Assembly: GCA_963787125.1 (NCBI GenBank)
Contig: CAWBBV010000001.1
Coordinates: forward strand, 1 to 64,000
Direction: 5' to 3'
Source: an uncultured delta proteobacterium
GTDB lineage: Bacteria > Desulfobacterota > Desulfuromonadia > Geobacterales > DSM-12255
DNA length: 64,000 nucleotides
Numbering within the stretch: the stretch's first letter is position 1; every line of letters starts with the position of its first letter. The notes beneath the pieces were generated by a model. It saw only the letters and a list, made by a program, of their open reading frames with translations. It ran no database searches and was not told the DNA's origin. This document shows positions 49,265-58,632 of the stretch, one piece after another. The position numbers and the translations under genes are program-made.

Positions 49265-52200
49265 ATGACTGTCATATTTTTTGATCTGGGCCCGGAGCAA
49301 TGGCGATTTCTCGCTGTACTGGAAGCTTTGGGGGGCACCCTTCATATTGACATTCTCGACAGCCTCGCGCCTTTGTCCGCCGGCCAACTGGTAGACATCC
49401 TGAAGAAGACTGCTGCCACAGGTACACTCATTCAGGAACAGAGCGGGCTGTTTTCTCTTGCCAATCCTCTTGCCACACCTTTGGCGAGAAAACTTGACCT
49501 GGTGAACAGGGGCGCAAGCCTCTCAGCTTTGGTGGACGTAATATATTCAGGAAAGATTGAGAACCGGCTCGACCCTCGCAGGCTCATCGCCCTTCTGGAC
49601 AGGTCAGGCAGGGATCTTGAGGCGGGCATGCTTGAATTTAGCCTTGTGGATCTGGAAAAAGAGCGCGGTTCTGATCTTGAGGTCATTCACACGCTCCTCC
49701 TGAGGGGAGTCAACCGGCTGAAGAACCTTGCCCTGGATCCTGATACAAGCTCAATTTATATTGCCCGGGCCTTGAAGCTATCCAATCTTTGCTTTGTATT
49801 GGGGCGGGGAATCGGTGAACTGGACGAAATCCTTGACACCGCCCAGCTGTTGGCAACCAGGCTGGGCGACAAACGTTCCCAGGCCCTGATCAATCTCAAT
49901 GTGGGGATGCTTTACTATTTTACCGGCCGGAGGGGGGAAGCCTTTTTAGTGTTGTCAGTTGGACTGGAAAAAGTCAACGAGCTGGGGGATGAGGATATCC
50001 TCTCCCAGTCCGCCGAATATATTGCCATTTTTTATTTTATGAAAGGTCAGTTCCGGGAGGTTATGAAGCACCTGGAGCATCTGGAAAATCTCATCGACTT
50101 TAATGTTGAGACTATTCAGACCATGACCTATATAGTTTTCAGCTACAGCGCTCTCTATCTGGGCCAGTTCCATCGCGCCTTCGGCTTCCTTGATTCAAAT
50201 CTCCGCATTGCCGAAGAGAACTCCAATAAGGCTCTGGCTTCTGTCTTGAGGAGCGTCCTCGGTACGACGCTGATACTGGTAAAAAGATACAGTGAAGCAG
50301 AACTCCATCTCAACCGGGCCAGACAAGAGTCACTCGATTGCGACAATGCCTTCGGCTACCACTATTCCGGCGGCGGCCTTGCCTTTCTCTATTTCACAAC
50401 TGGAGATTTAAGTAAAAGTTACGCGATCTACAAGGACACCGTGGAAAAGGTGATGCAGGCCGGACTGCTGCAGCAGTATTCATCCCCCTGGATTCTGGAA
50501 ATCTTTCACGAATTTCATCGCCGGGGATTCGAGCCCCTTCCGTACTGGAATTACCTCGACAACATGGAAATGACATTGAACGGAGTCAATGTTCAACTGA
50601 GGGGTGTGGCGTTACGGCTTAAGGTTCAGGACCGGATTGATCAGGGATTCAGGGAAAAGGGGCCGTTACTCGCCGACCTTGAGGCCAGCAGGACCTGTCT
50701 TGAAATCTCAGGGAACAATATGCAACTGGCTAAGACAGTCCTGGAGATTGCCCATCTGGAACTACTCCATAACAATAAGGACGCAGCACGGGGGTATGCC
50801 CAGGAAGCATGGCGTCTGTTCGGTGGCCATGCAGATGACTTTTTCCCTGATCAGTACAAGTTGCTGCTGGAGAAAAAACAGTTTTCTCCCGATCAACAAT
50901 CAGCCAGAAACGATTATCTCAGTCGCTACTTTGAGGAGATGGCAGCGATCAAAACCAGCCAGGGGCAGGAAGAGACGTTGAGCAAAGCGATTATCTCAAC
51001 GAACCGGTTTTTTGGCGCCGAACGTGGCGGCATCTTCTGGTTTGCCGACGGCAATTTCACCAGAAGCCCTGAACTCCGGGCGGTAAGCAATCTGACCAAA
51101 GAGGAGGTTGAGTCACCCCGCTTTAAACCATGCCTGGAACACGTATTCAAAGCCTTCCGTACCAAAAAGCCTCTGGTCGTCAGGAATGATCCAGTGGAGA
51201 CAGCAATGAAGGGCGAGAAGACCCGCTCCGTCCTCTGTTTGCCTTTTGAGGTTCAGGGAATGACTCGTGGCGTCATCTACCACGATAATTCGTACATGCA
51301 GGATGCTTTCGATTTCCTCGATCCGGCGATGATGGCATTTCTGGCCCGTCACACATCTGACATAATAGATTCCCTGCTGAACACCATGAAGATCAAGGAT
51401 GAAAAGGAGAAACTCTCACGGGAGCGGGTCACCTGTCAGCAGGCGTATAATAAACTGCAGCTTATCGCCGGGTCACAGGTCATGCGGGATCAGCTTGCCA
51501 TGGCCGGGCAGGTCGCTGCGACCGGTTCGAACGTGCTTCTTCTCGGGGAGACCGGAACAGGTAAAGGGGTGTTTGCCCGCTGGGTTCATGAAAACAGCCC
51601 GCGAACTAATGGTCCATTTATTGAGGTGGACTGTACGACAATTCCGGAGAATCTGGTGGAGAGCGAACTGTTCGGCTATGAGAAGGGAGCCTTTACCGGA
51701 GCGGTCAATCAGAAGCTCGGCAGGGTCGAGCTGGCGCATAACGGGACACTTTTTCTTGACGAAATCGGCGAGCTGCCGCTACATCTCCAGACCAAACTCT
51801 TAAAGACATTGGAGGAAAAAACCTTTGTCAGGATCGGGGGTGGACGGGTCATCAAGTCGGACTTCCGTCTGATTGCAGCCACCAACCGCAACCTGAAGAA
51901 TGAGGTCAGTATTGGTCGTTTCCGGGAGGATCTCTACTATCGACTTAATGTTTTCCCGCTGTCCATTCCCCCATTGAGAGAGCGAGCTGAGGATATTATT
52001 GAGCTGGCGAGGTATTTTGTTGAGTTCTACGCCAGAAAAAACGGCAGGACCGGCCTGGAACTTTCACGCGAAGACCTGAAGATCCTGCTGAATTATTCCT
52101 GGCCGGGCAATGTCAGGGAACTGCAAAATGTAATCGAAAGAGCAATTATTCTGGCAAAAGGCGACAAGCTGCTGATTCCCCTGTTTCCCACAGGCGCAGA

Positions 52201-52411
52201 GTCGGATTCCAGGGGAATCTTCGCTGACTTGCCAACGCTGGATGAGCTGCAACGATGCTACATCCTGCACGTATTCGAGCATACCAAAGGGAAGGTGAGT
52301 GGCCCTGGTGGAGCTGCTGACATCCTTGGCATGAAGCGGACAAGCCTTTACTCCCGAATGAGATCGCTGGATATGGATTTCAAGGGAAAAGGGAGCATAA
52401 ATGGAGAGTAG
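49265..52411 (+). CDS. Sigma54-dependent activator with long TPR-like N-terminus, GAF, AAA+ and HTH
   Basis: GETGTGKG, ESELFGYEKGAFTGA, FLDEIGE, WPGNVREL, GAADILGMKRTSL. Confidence 0.92.
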   Translation: MTVIFFDLGPEQWRFLAVLEALGGTLHIDILDSLAPLSAGQLVDILKKTAATGTLIQEQSGLFSLANPLATPLARKLDLVNRGASLSALVDVIYSGKIENRLDPRRLIALLDRSGRDLEAGMLEFSLVDLEKERGSDLEVIHTLLLRGVNRLKNLALDPDTSSIYIARALKLSNLCFVLGRGIGELDEILDTAQLLATRLGDKRSQALINLNVGMLYYFTGRRGEAFLVLSVGLEKVNELGDEDILSQSAEYIAIFYFMKGQFREVMKHLEHLENLIDFNVETIQTMTYIVFSYSALYLGQFHRAFGFLDSNLRIAEENSNKALASVLRSVLGTTLILVKRYSEAELHLNRARQESLDCDNAFGYHYSGGGLAFLYFTTGDLSKSYAIYKDTVEKVMQAGLLQQYSSPWILEIFHEFHRRGFEPLPYWNYLDNMEMTLNGVNVQLRGVALRLKVQDRIDQGFREKGPLLADLEASRTCLEISGNNMQLAKTVLEIAHLELLHNNKDAARGYAQEAWRLFGGHADDFFPDQYKLLLEKKQFSPDQQSARNDYLSRYFEEMAAIKTSQGQEETLSKAIISTNRFFGAERGGIFWFADGNFTRSPELRAVSNLTKEEVESPRFKPCLEHVFKAFRTKKPLVVRNDPVETAMKGEKTRSVLCLPFEVQGMTRGVIYHDNSYMQDAFDFLDPAMMAFLARHTSDIIDSLLNTMKIKDEKEKLSRERVTCQQAYNKLQLIAGSQVMRDQLAMAGQVAATGSNVLLLGETGTGKGVFARWVHENSPRTNGPFIEVDCTTIPENLVESELFGYEKGAFTGAVNQKLGRVELAHNGTLFLDEIGELPLHLQTKLLKTLEEKTFVRIGGGRVIKSDFRLIAATNRNLKNEVSIGRFREDLYYRLNVFPLSIPPLRERAEDIIELARYFVEFYARKNGRTGLELSREDLKILLNYSWPGNVRELQNVIERAIILAKGDKLLIPLFPTGAESDSRGIFADLPTLDELQRCYILHVFEHTKGKVSGPGGAADILGMKRTSLYSRMRSLDMDFKGKGSINGE

Positions 52412-52609
52412 CCAGGGCCATGAATTTATTTCGTTGCATGAATGGAAAATATTATCCGCTCGGCGGAGATCAGTGCAGCCGGGTTTTTTAACTGCCTGAA
52501 ATCGGGAAAATAGATTGAATTCAGTTATACTTATAAGGCTAATTTGGGTCAGTTGTTTTAATTAGAAATTAAGGCCATCCTTGCGGCGGTCAGCAGCAGA
52601 GGCAACAGC

Positions 52610-55600
52610 GTGGGCAGATTAGCCATAATCCTGACATATTGCATCTTTTTTCTCTCCGGAGCAGCAGCCCTGATCTATGAAATAGTCTGGAGCCGTTACT
52701 TGAGCCTTGTTTTCGGCGGCTCGCACCTGGCTGTTACCACCGTGCTTACGGTGTTTATGGGGGGTCTGGCTCTGGGCAGTTACTTAATCGGCAGACGCGT
52801 CGATCGCTCTCACCAACTACTGCGGCTTTATGGTTGTCTGGAACTGGGGGTCGCAGCTGCAGCCCTGCTGTTTGTCGGCCTTTTGCAAATCTATCCGCCG
52901 ATCTATATCAAGCTTGCCCAACTGGTTCCTGAATCCACCCTCTACCTCTCCGCTATTCGCATCACCTTTGCCGTCATTGCCCTGATCATCCCCACAACCC
53001 TTATGGGCGGTACTCTTCCGGTTCTAACGGCATTCACAGCCCGCCTTTTGAGCGGTCCGGGGGTGCGCCTCTCCTTCCTCTACGGCTGCAATACCCTCGG
53101 CGCTGTCTGCGGTGCCGCGGCAACCGGTTTTGTCATGCTGCGCAGCTTTTCCATGGGTATAACCCTGGCTACCGCGGTGGGAATAAATATCTGCGTCGGT
53201 TTGGCCGCTTTTGCCCTGCAACGACTGGTAACAACGGCACCGGCTGCAGAGGCAGCAGCGGAAACGGCCATGGCAAGAGACGATCTCGATTCGGTTTCAA
53301 CGGGGCCTTTGCCTTTCAGGCTGGTACTCTGGGGTATCGGTGTGAGCGGTTTTTGTGCCATGGGGTATGAGGTTCTCTGGAACAGAATTCTGAGCATTGC
53401 CGTTGGCGCCAGCGCCTACGGCTTCACCCTGCTGCTCATGGCCTTTCTTTCTGGCATCGGCCTTGGGAGTGCCGCTTATGGCTTCCTGGGCAGGATCTCC
53501 ACCAGACTGCGCCGCCGGCCTCTCTCCTTGCGCACTGCTGTTACCGCCTTCGGCGCGGTCCAGCTGACAATAGGTCTGACAGCTTTTTTGGCAACGGTGC
53601 AGTTTCGCTATCTCCCTACCTATGTGGCGTTTCTGCATGATTACTTTCTTGCCCTCTTCCCCAAAGTTGATCAGTTCCAGGTAATACAGCTGGCCAATTT
53701 TGTGCTCGCCTTTGCCATCATGTTTATCCCGGCTTTTTTCATGGGGGTGGCCTTTCCCCTTGCCGGAGAGATCCACAGCCGCTGCCGCAGACAGGTCGGC
53801 GCTGCTGTTGGTGAGCTGCTCTCCTTCAACACAGTGGGAGCCATTCTCGGCGCCGGGGTCAGCGGATTTCTCCTTATCTACCTGCTCGGCATCCAGCGCT
53901 CGCTGCAGATCCTTATCCTGATCAACAGCGGCTACGGCCTGCTGCTGATAGTTGCTGCCAAAGGCGACAAAACCCGGCTGCGGCTGGCAATGCTGCTTGC
54001 TTTGGCCGCACTCATGGTGCCGATTGCCGCCCCTGCCGGGTGGCAGCTCTGGGATCCGAAGCTTTATGCCGTCTACCAGTCCAATAAACCCGAAGCCTAC
54101 GGAACTCCTGAAGAGGTCAGCGAGATGCTGGCCAATCTTGACGTCCGTTATTACAGTGAAGGGTCACAGGCCATTGTCAGCGCCGTCCAGTCGGCAGATA
54201 CGCTCTTTTTTATCACCAACGGCAGGGTGGAGGCTTCCAACACCCACCAGGACATGCAGTGCCAGTATGTCCTCGGTCATCTGCCCATGCTGCTCCACAA
54301 AAAGCCGCGGCAGGTCTTTGTTCTTGGTACCGGCAGCGGCATGACCCTGGGGGCGGTTTCGGTGCATCCAGGCGTGGAGAAGATAACCCTGGCTGAAATT
54401 GAGCCGGGGGTGCTGGGTGTGGCCAGGGTCTTCGGCATAGACAATCACTACATCCTCAACAAACCCGACCCGCGGCTGAAAGTTGTTTTCAACGATGGCC
54501 GTAACCACCTGCTGACGACCAAAGACCGCTTCGACGTCATTACCGCCGATCCGGTCCACCCCTGGTTTAGTGGCGCCGGTTATCTTTATTCAACCGAATA
54601 TTTCCGCCTTGCCAGCCAGCGGCTCAATCCCGGCGGCATTATCTGTCAATGGCTCCCCCTATATGAGCTGACTGCCGAGAATCTGCAATCGGTGGTCAGA
54701 ACAATCCGTGAAAACTTCGCCTATACCATGATCTGGGTAACCCACTACGATGCCGAGATTATTGCCAGCAACTCACCTATAATCATCGACGAAGAAGAGC
54801 TGGGGCGGCGTTTTGCAGTTGCAGGCATTGCCGAAGACCTGCGCCAGATCAGGATGGGGAGCCCGGAAGACTTCCTCAGTTATTTTGTTATGGGGAGTGA
54901 AGGCGCCAAAGCTTACAGCCGGGAAGGGCGGATTAATACCGACGATAATCTCTATCTGGAGTTCTCCGCTCCCCGCAGCATCGGCCTGGAGTATCTGCGG
55001 GGTGCCAACCTGGCAGGTCTTCTCCGGCACCGGGAGAAGCTGCTCCCTTACCTGCGCCGCCCGGTGAGCTCCCCGGCCGGCAACCTTCAGACGGCCCGCT
55101 GGGAGGCTAATCATCAGGCAGCGCTGCTGGAAGACAAAGTCCATCTGCTTGATGTCGCCGGCAAGCAGATGACTTACCAGTATACGGACATTGCCACCGA
55201 ACTTGACAATCGCTACCCCCGTTATGCGCCGTGGCGTTTCACCAAAGAGGAGTCGGGTGATGAAAGAGGCGGGGGCACAACTGTTTTGCAGGAATTGGAA
55301 ATTCCCTTGCTGGATGAGCATGAAGCGCCGCTGAAAGGGGCATTAATGGCGGTTCTCGTCCGCAAGAACAGTCGCCAGGCGCGGATTTTTTTCGTTGACG
55401 ATAACACCCGGACAGTCTTCGGCAAGCTGCGGGTAAAGGGATCGGGAAAAGACGCCTACATAGAGAAATTCGTTGCGACTGTTATGCAGGATGCCAAGAA
55501 AATCTACGCTGCCGAGGCGGCACAGGCGACAGCCACCGGGAAGATTGCCCCCTCAATGCTGACCGTATTTCCGAAGATTAAAACGCTGGTGGAGGCCAGG

Positions 55601-55615
55601 ATAGATCGGGAGTAA
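52610..55615 (+). CDS. Fused MFS-like membrane domain / spermidine-synthase-like protein
   Basis: SGAAALIYEIVWSR, NTLGA repeats; VLGTGSG, AEIEP, DGRNHL, FDVITADP. Confidence 0.88.
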   Translation: MGRLAIILTYCIFFLSGAAALIYEIVWSRYLSLVFGGSHLAVTTVLTVFMGGLALGSYLIGRRVDRSHQLLRLYGCLELGVAAAALLFVGLLQIYPPIYIKLAQLVPESTLYLSAIRITFAVIALIIPTTLMGGTLPVLTAFTARLLSGPGVRLSFLYGCNTLGAVCGAAATGFVMLRSFSMGITLATAVGINICVGLAAFALQRLVTTAPAAEAAAETAMARDDLDSVSTGPLPFRLVLWGIGVSGFCAMGYEVLWNRILSIAVGASAYGFTLLLMAFLSGIGLGSAAYGFLGRISTRLRRRPLSLRTAVTAFGAVQLTIGLTAFLATVQFRYLPTYVAFLHDYFLALFPKVDQFQVIQLANFVLAFAIMFIPAFFMGVAFPLAGEIHSRCRRQVGAAVGELLSFNTVGAILGAGVSGFLLIYLLGIQRSLQILILINSGYGLLLIVAAKGDKTRLRLAMLLALAALMVPIAAPAGWQLWDPKLYAVYQSNKPEAYGTPEEVSEMLANLDVRYYSEGSQAIVSAVQSADTLFFITNGRVEASNTHQDMQCQYVLGHLPMLLHKKPRQVFVLGTGSGMTLGAVSVHPGVEKITLAEIEPGVLGVARVFGIDNHYILNKPDPRLKVVFNDGRNHLLTTKDRFDVITADPVHPWFSGAGYLYSTEYFRLASQRLNPGGIICQWLPLYELTAENLQSVVRTIRENFAYTMIWVTHYDAEIIASNSPIIIDEEELGRRFAVAGIAEDLRQIRMGSPEDFLSYFVMGSEGAKAYSREGRINTDDNLYLEFSAPRSIGLEYLRGANLAGLLRHREKLLPYLRRPVSSPAGNLQTARWEANHQAALLEDKVHLLDVAGKQMTYQYTDIATELDNRYPRYAPWRFTKEESGDERGGGTTVLQELEIPLLDEHEAPLKGALMAVLVRKNSRQARIFFVDDNTRTVFGKLRVKGSGKDAYIEKFVATVMQDAKKIYAAEAAQATATGKIAPSMLTVFPKIKTLVEARIDRE

Positions 55616-55670
55616 GTGCTGGCGGTCGGGAGTTTATGGGCGGCAGACGGGAGTCAAAGCAGGAATGAGT

Positions 55671-56867
55671 TCACGTCAACGCCCGACGCTGCCTTTTCAG
55701 ATATCCGGCAAATCTCCCAATGCTGCCGTATCTGTGCAGAAGCAGGACGATCAGCTTCAAGCGGAGCTGCCATGGCGGGCTGCTCTGTTCAAGGGGAAAG
55801 CGGAGTTTCACCCCGTCAGCCGAGAACGCATCCAGTGTATGAGCAAGCAGGCGCTTTCCTCCTTCAAGACGGCTTTTTCTTCCGGACACGTCGAACGAGA
55901 CAAGCTTTGCAAAATGTCTGCTCACCTCAGCGTCATCTTTTGGCGTCAGCGGCGTATCAACACCAAACAGCTCACCTGTTGCAAAGAGAAAAGCATTCAC
56001 CGGCAGCAAAATCCCGTTATCCCTGCAGAACTTTTCGATCTCACGCCAATCGGCTGAAGTCCCGTAACGTCTGCAGAGCCAGGCGAAATGGAGCATCTGC
56101 TTCAGATCCAGCATACGCAGCTTGTAGTTTTCGTGGGATATTTCCGAGTGGAGGATGCAGTGGAGCAGTTGATGGCTTGGCGACATGGCAGCAAAGGAGA
56201 GCCCGTCACTCTCCCCCATGGCGCATGTTTGCCAGACATCACGGCTCGCCAGCAGCTGGAGATCACGTACCTCAAAGAGATCCCGGTGAAGCTCCAGGTG
56301 CACCGGCATCCCCTCCCTGACAAGGGGGGCATAATGCTTTGCCTTCCCGTTTTTCCAGAGCGCCACCATTTCCACATAGCTATCCGGGACGATATAACCT
56401 TCTGTTAAAAGCAGGGCGACAGCTTCGTCAGCCCGGCTCTCCGGAACGAGCAGGTCGATATCCATCATGAACCTGTCACCCAGATTCCCGTAAAGCCCGG
56501 TCAAAAGGGCTGCGCCACCCTTGAGGGGCATGGCAGGAATTCCGGCGCTGGCAAGGGTAGCGATAATTTCTTTCAGCTGACCAAGAATTGCTGCGTTGCG
56601 CTCCAGGTTCAGTTGATGCATTGCCTCCAGATACTCAAGAAACTGCTCTGGAAGGAGATTCTGCACCCCCTTGGCAAACACTGCGCTGTAAAGGGCTGGA
56701 GCAAGATTGGCGCAGTTGGCGAGAAAAGCTACCGCTTCCCAGTCGATCCGGTGGCTGTCATGCCCGGTGCAGAGCGGTTTAACAGCCGCTTCGTCCGTAA
56801 AGGGGGATAGTAGCTGGCATAGCAGAAGAAGAGACTGCGGAACCTTAATGCGTGCGGCAACGCTCAC
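55671..56867 (-). CDS. Nucleotidyltransferase family protein (NTP_transf_5-like)
   Basis: PLKGGA, R.MMDIDLLV, LELH motifs. Confidence 0.85.
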   Translation of the reverse strand: MSVAARIKVPQSLLLLCQLLSPFTDEAAVKPLCTGHDSHRIDWEAVAFLANCANLAPALYSAVFAKGVQNLLPEQFLEYLEAMHQLNLERNAAILGQLKEIIATLASAGIPAMPLKGGAALLTGLYGNLGDRFMMDIDLLVPESRADEAVALLLTEGYIVPDSYVEMVALWKNGKAKHYAPLVREGMPVHLELHRDLFEVRDLQLLASRDVWQTCAMGESDGLSFAAMSPSHQLLHCILHSEISHENYKLRMLDLKQMLHFAWLCRRYGTSADWREIEKFCRDNGILLPVNAFLFATGELFGVDTPLTPKDDAEVSRHFAKLVSFDVSGRKSRLEGGKRLLAHTLDAFSADGVKLRFPLEQSSPPWQLRLKLIVLLLHRYGSIGRFAGYLKRQRRALT

Positions 56868-58048
56868 TTCATCACCCCAGTCCCCTCCAGCAGCGTCAAC
56901 CCCTCGGCGGTCGATGCGTAGGTCAGGGCGTAGCGGTCAAGAGCCGCCAGCCAGTCGATGATGGCACTGACCCGCGTCTCATCAAGATCCGGGAGCTGAT
57001 AACCGGCGTCAAGGATTCTGCTCAGGCTCTGAACGATGCTCAGCCGCTGCGTTGTCCCACTGGTTCCTGCAATGAACTCGGGGAAGATGAGCGCATTGGC
57101 GTGGCAGCTGCTGCCGTTTTGGGCAAAGCGGATTGAGTCCGGCAGGAGGTACCTGATCCTCTGGCCGTCAAAGCGGATATGATCCTGACTGGTCGCCAGT
57201 AGTGGAAAGTCGGGGAGGATTACCGGCCAGCTCCCCTCCTTGATCCCCGGGGCAAGGGGCATGGCAAAAATAGAGCCGTCAGTAGCATCAATCACCAGCG
57301 GCTCATCGCTGACAAGCCCGTAACCTCTTGCAAGGAGCGCCATGGCAAAGGTGCTCTTACCCGCCCCGGATCTACCGGCAAGGAGCAGGCTCCTGCCGTC
57401 AGAACCGCAGACAGCGCTGCCGTGGATGGTGAGCAGATGGGGCTGCTTTTGGTAGGCAAAAACCCGCAGCTGCCCGTAAATGTTTGGCAGAAGCCGCTTC
57501 GCAGCCAGAGGCTCACCGCTCTCCTTACCATTCATCAGAATCTGCCAGACATCCCCTGCCGCCTCAATCGTGACGACAAGCTTCACTGTGTCAGCGGTTG
57601 CTCCAAGAAAGGGGGCGATAAACGGCGTGATCCAGCGCTGCAACAGCTCTTCGTCACCAACAATGGTAAAAACCGTATTAAGCAGAGAGTAGCAGGGGAA
57701 CTCATCAGAAAGGGGAAACTCGCACTGCGGTGAGTTCAGGTAATCGGGGTATTCGCCATCCAGCGGCTCGCTCCCTGCCAGAATGGCGGCCAGTTCCATA
57801 ACCCCCGGCAGCGACTCTTCTGGCAGTTGTAGATCCATGGCAAGATCATGGACGCTCTCCCCCTGCTCAAGGCGCAGCAGCACCACGGTAGCTGTCCGGT
57901 CAAGGCCGTAAAGCTTTTTGCTTTGCTTTGAAAAAAGCACTGACTCTTCCCCCAGAAGGAAAAGAGTCAGGCTATTGTTAAGTGATAATTTTTCACAGAC
58001 GGGCAGAGAAATTTTACAGCCCCCCTGAATCAGACGGAGTTGATGCAC
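56864..58048 (-). CDS. HPr-kinase-related kinase with N-terminal PqqD/RRE-like domain
   Basis: EESVLF...KLYGLDRTATVVLLRLEQGESVHDLA (RRE-like); IHGSAV, GRSGAGKST, LVSDE; exact start uncertain. Confidence 0.75.
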   Translation of the reverse strand: MHQLRLIQGGCKISLPVCEKLSLNNSLTLFLLGEESVLFSKQSKKLYGLDRTATVVLLRLEQGESVHDLAMDLQLPEESLPGVMELAAILAGSEPLDGEYPDYLNSPQCEFPLSDEFPCYSLLNTVFTIVGDEELLQRWITPFIAPFLGATADTVKLVVTIEAAGDVWQILMNGKESGEPLAAKRLLPNIYGQLRVFAYQKQPHLLTIHGSAVCGSDGRSLLLAGRSGAGKSTFAMALLARGYGLVSDEPLVIDATDGSIFAMPLAPGIKEGSWPVILPDFPLLATSQDHIRFDGQRIRYLLPDSIRFAQNGSSCHANALIFPEFIAGTSGTTQRLSIVQSLSRILDAGYQLPDLDETRVSAIIDWLAALDRYALTYASTAEGLTLLEGTGVMK

Positions 58049-58211
58049 ACGCCCTCTTTGCCGTAGTTGGCGACATCAACAGATAAACCCCAACCGCACT
58101 CCCGACGGCATATTTGCCAAAGCGCTTGATGAACTCCCGCCGCACCATTTCAGGGGATTTCTCAGCATCAGCCCCTTCTGTTTTACTGTTTTCATTCGCT
58201 TCAATCATCAC
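58014..58211 (-). CDS. Putative RiPP-like precursor peptide with twin-arginine leader
   Basis: 65 aa; AGGAGG RBS; VRREFIK + hydrophobic stretch + KRACA + STPSDSGGL tail; sits directly before the RRE-kinase. Confidence 0.65.
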   Translation of the reverse strand: MMIEANENSKTEGADAEKSPEMVRREFIKRFGKYAVGSAVGVYLLMSPTTAKRACASTPSDSGGL

Positions 58212-58219
58212 AGATCCTC

Positions 58220-58615
58220 CTATTTTGCCACATCACTTCGGATAGCAGGTTTTTTGACAGCTTGCTTCATGGTTACAGTCACAGGTGTGGACAATCCCCC
58301 TACGAAACCATCCCTTTTAGCGGCAACCGCAAAGGTGAGCTGCTCTGCGCTGCCAGTTTCAGTAAAAAGGTAATCAGTCTGCGACCCGTGGAGGTCAATC
58401 CAGCGGGAATCAGGAAGCAGCCTGTCCCCGCTCTCAAAATATACCCGGTAACTCGCACCTAGTCTTACCGGCCTCCAGGAAAGCATAACCCCGTCACCCG
58501 TTTGTACCCCTTTGAGCGCAGTAACTTTCTCAGATCCGTGCCTGTGCCCAAACGGAGACGCAAACAGACTGGTTGCCGTGAAGATCATCAATATTGTTAA
58601 AATCAATTTTTTCAT
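58220..58615 (-). CDS. Small secreted fibronectin-III-like protein
   Basis: Signal peptide (SLFA); V.LSW.PV..GASYRVY; F.VAA....G..S pattern. Confidence 0.65.
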   Translation of the reverse strand: MKKLILTILMIFTATSLFASPFGHRHGSEKVTALKGVQTGDGVMLSWRPVRLGASYRVYFESGDRLLPDSRWIDLHGSQTDYLFTETGSAEQLTFAVAAKRDGFVGGLSTPVTVTMKQAVKKPAIRSDVAK

Positions 58616-58632
58616 CTACCCCTCCGGTAAAG

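Noticed and set aside
55671..58211. Lasso peptide cluster
   Set aside because: No asparagine-synthetase-like cyclase or transglutaminase-like protease is in the window, and the peptide lacks the YxxP leader motif and a ring-sized core.
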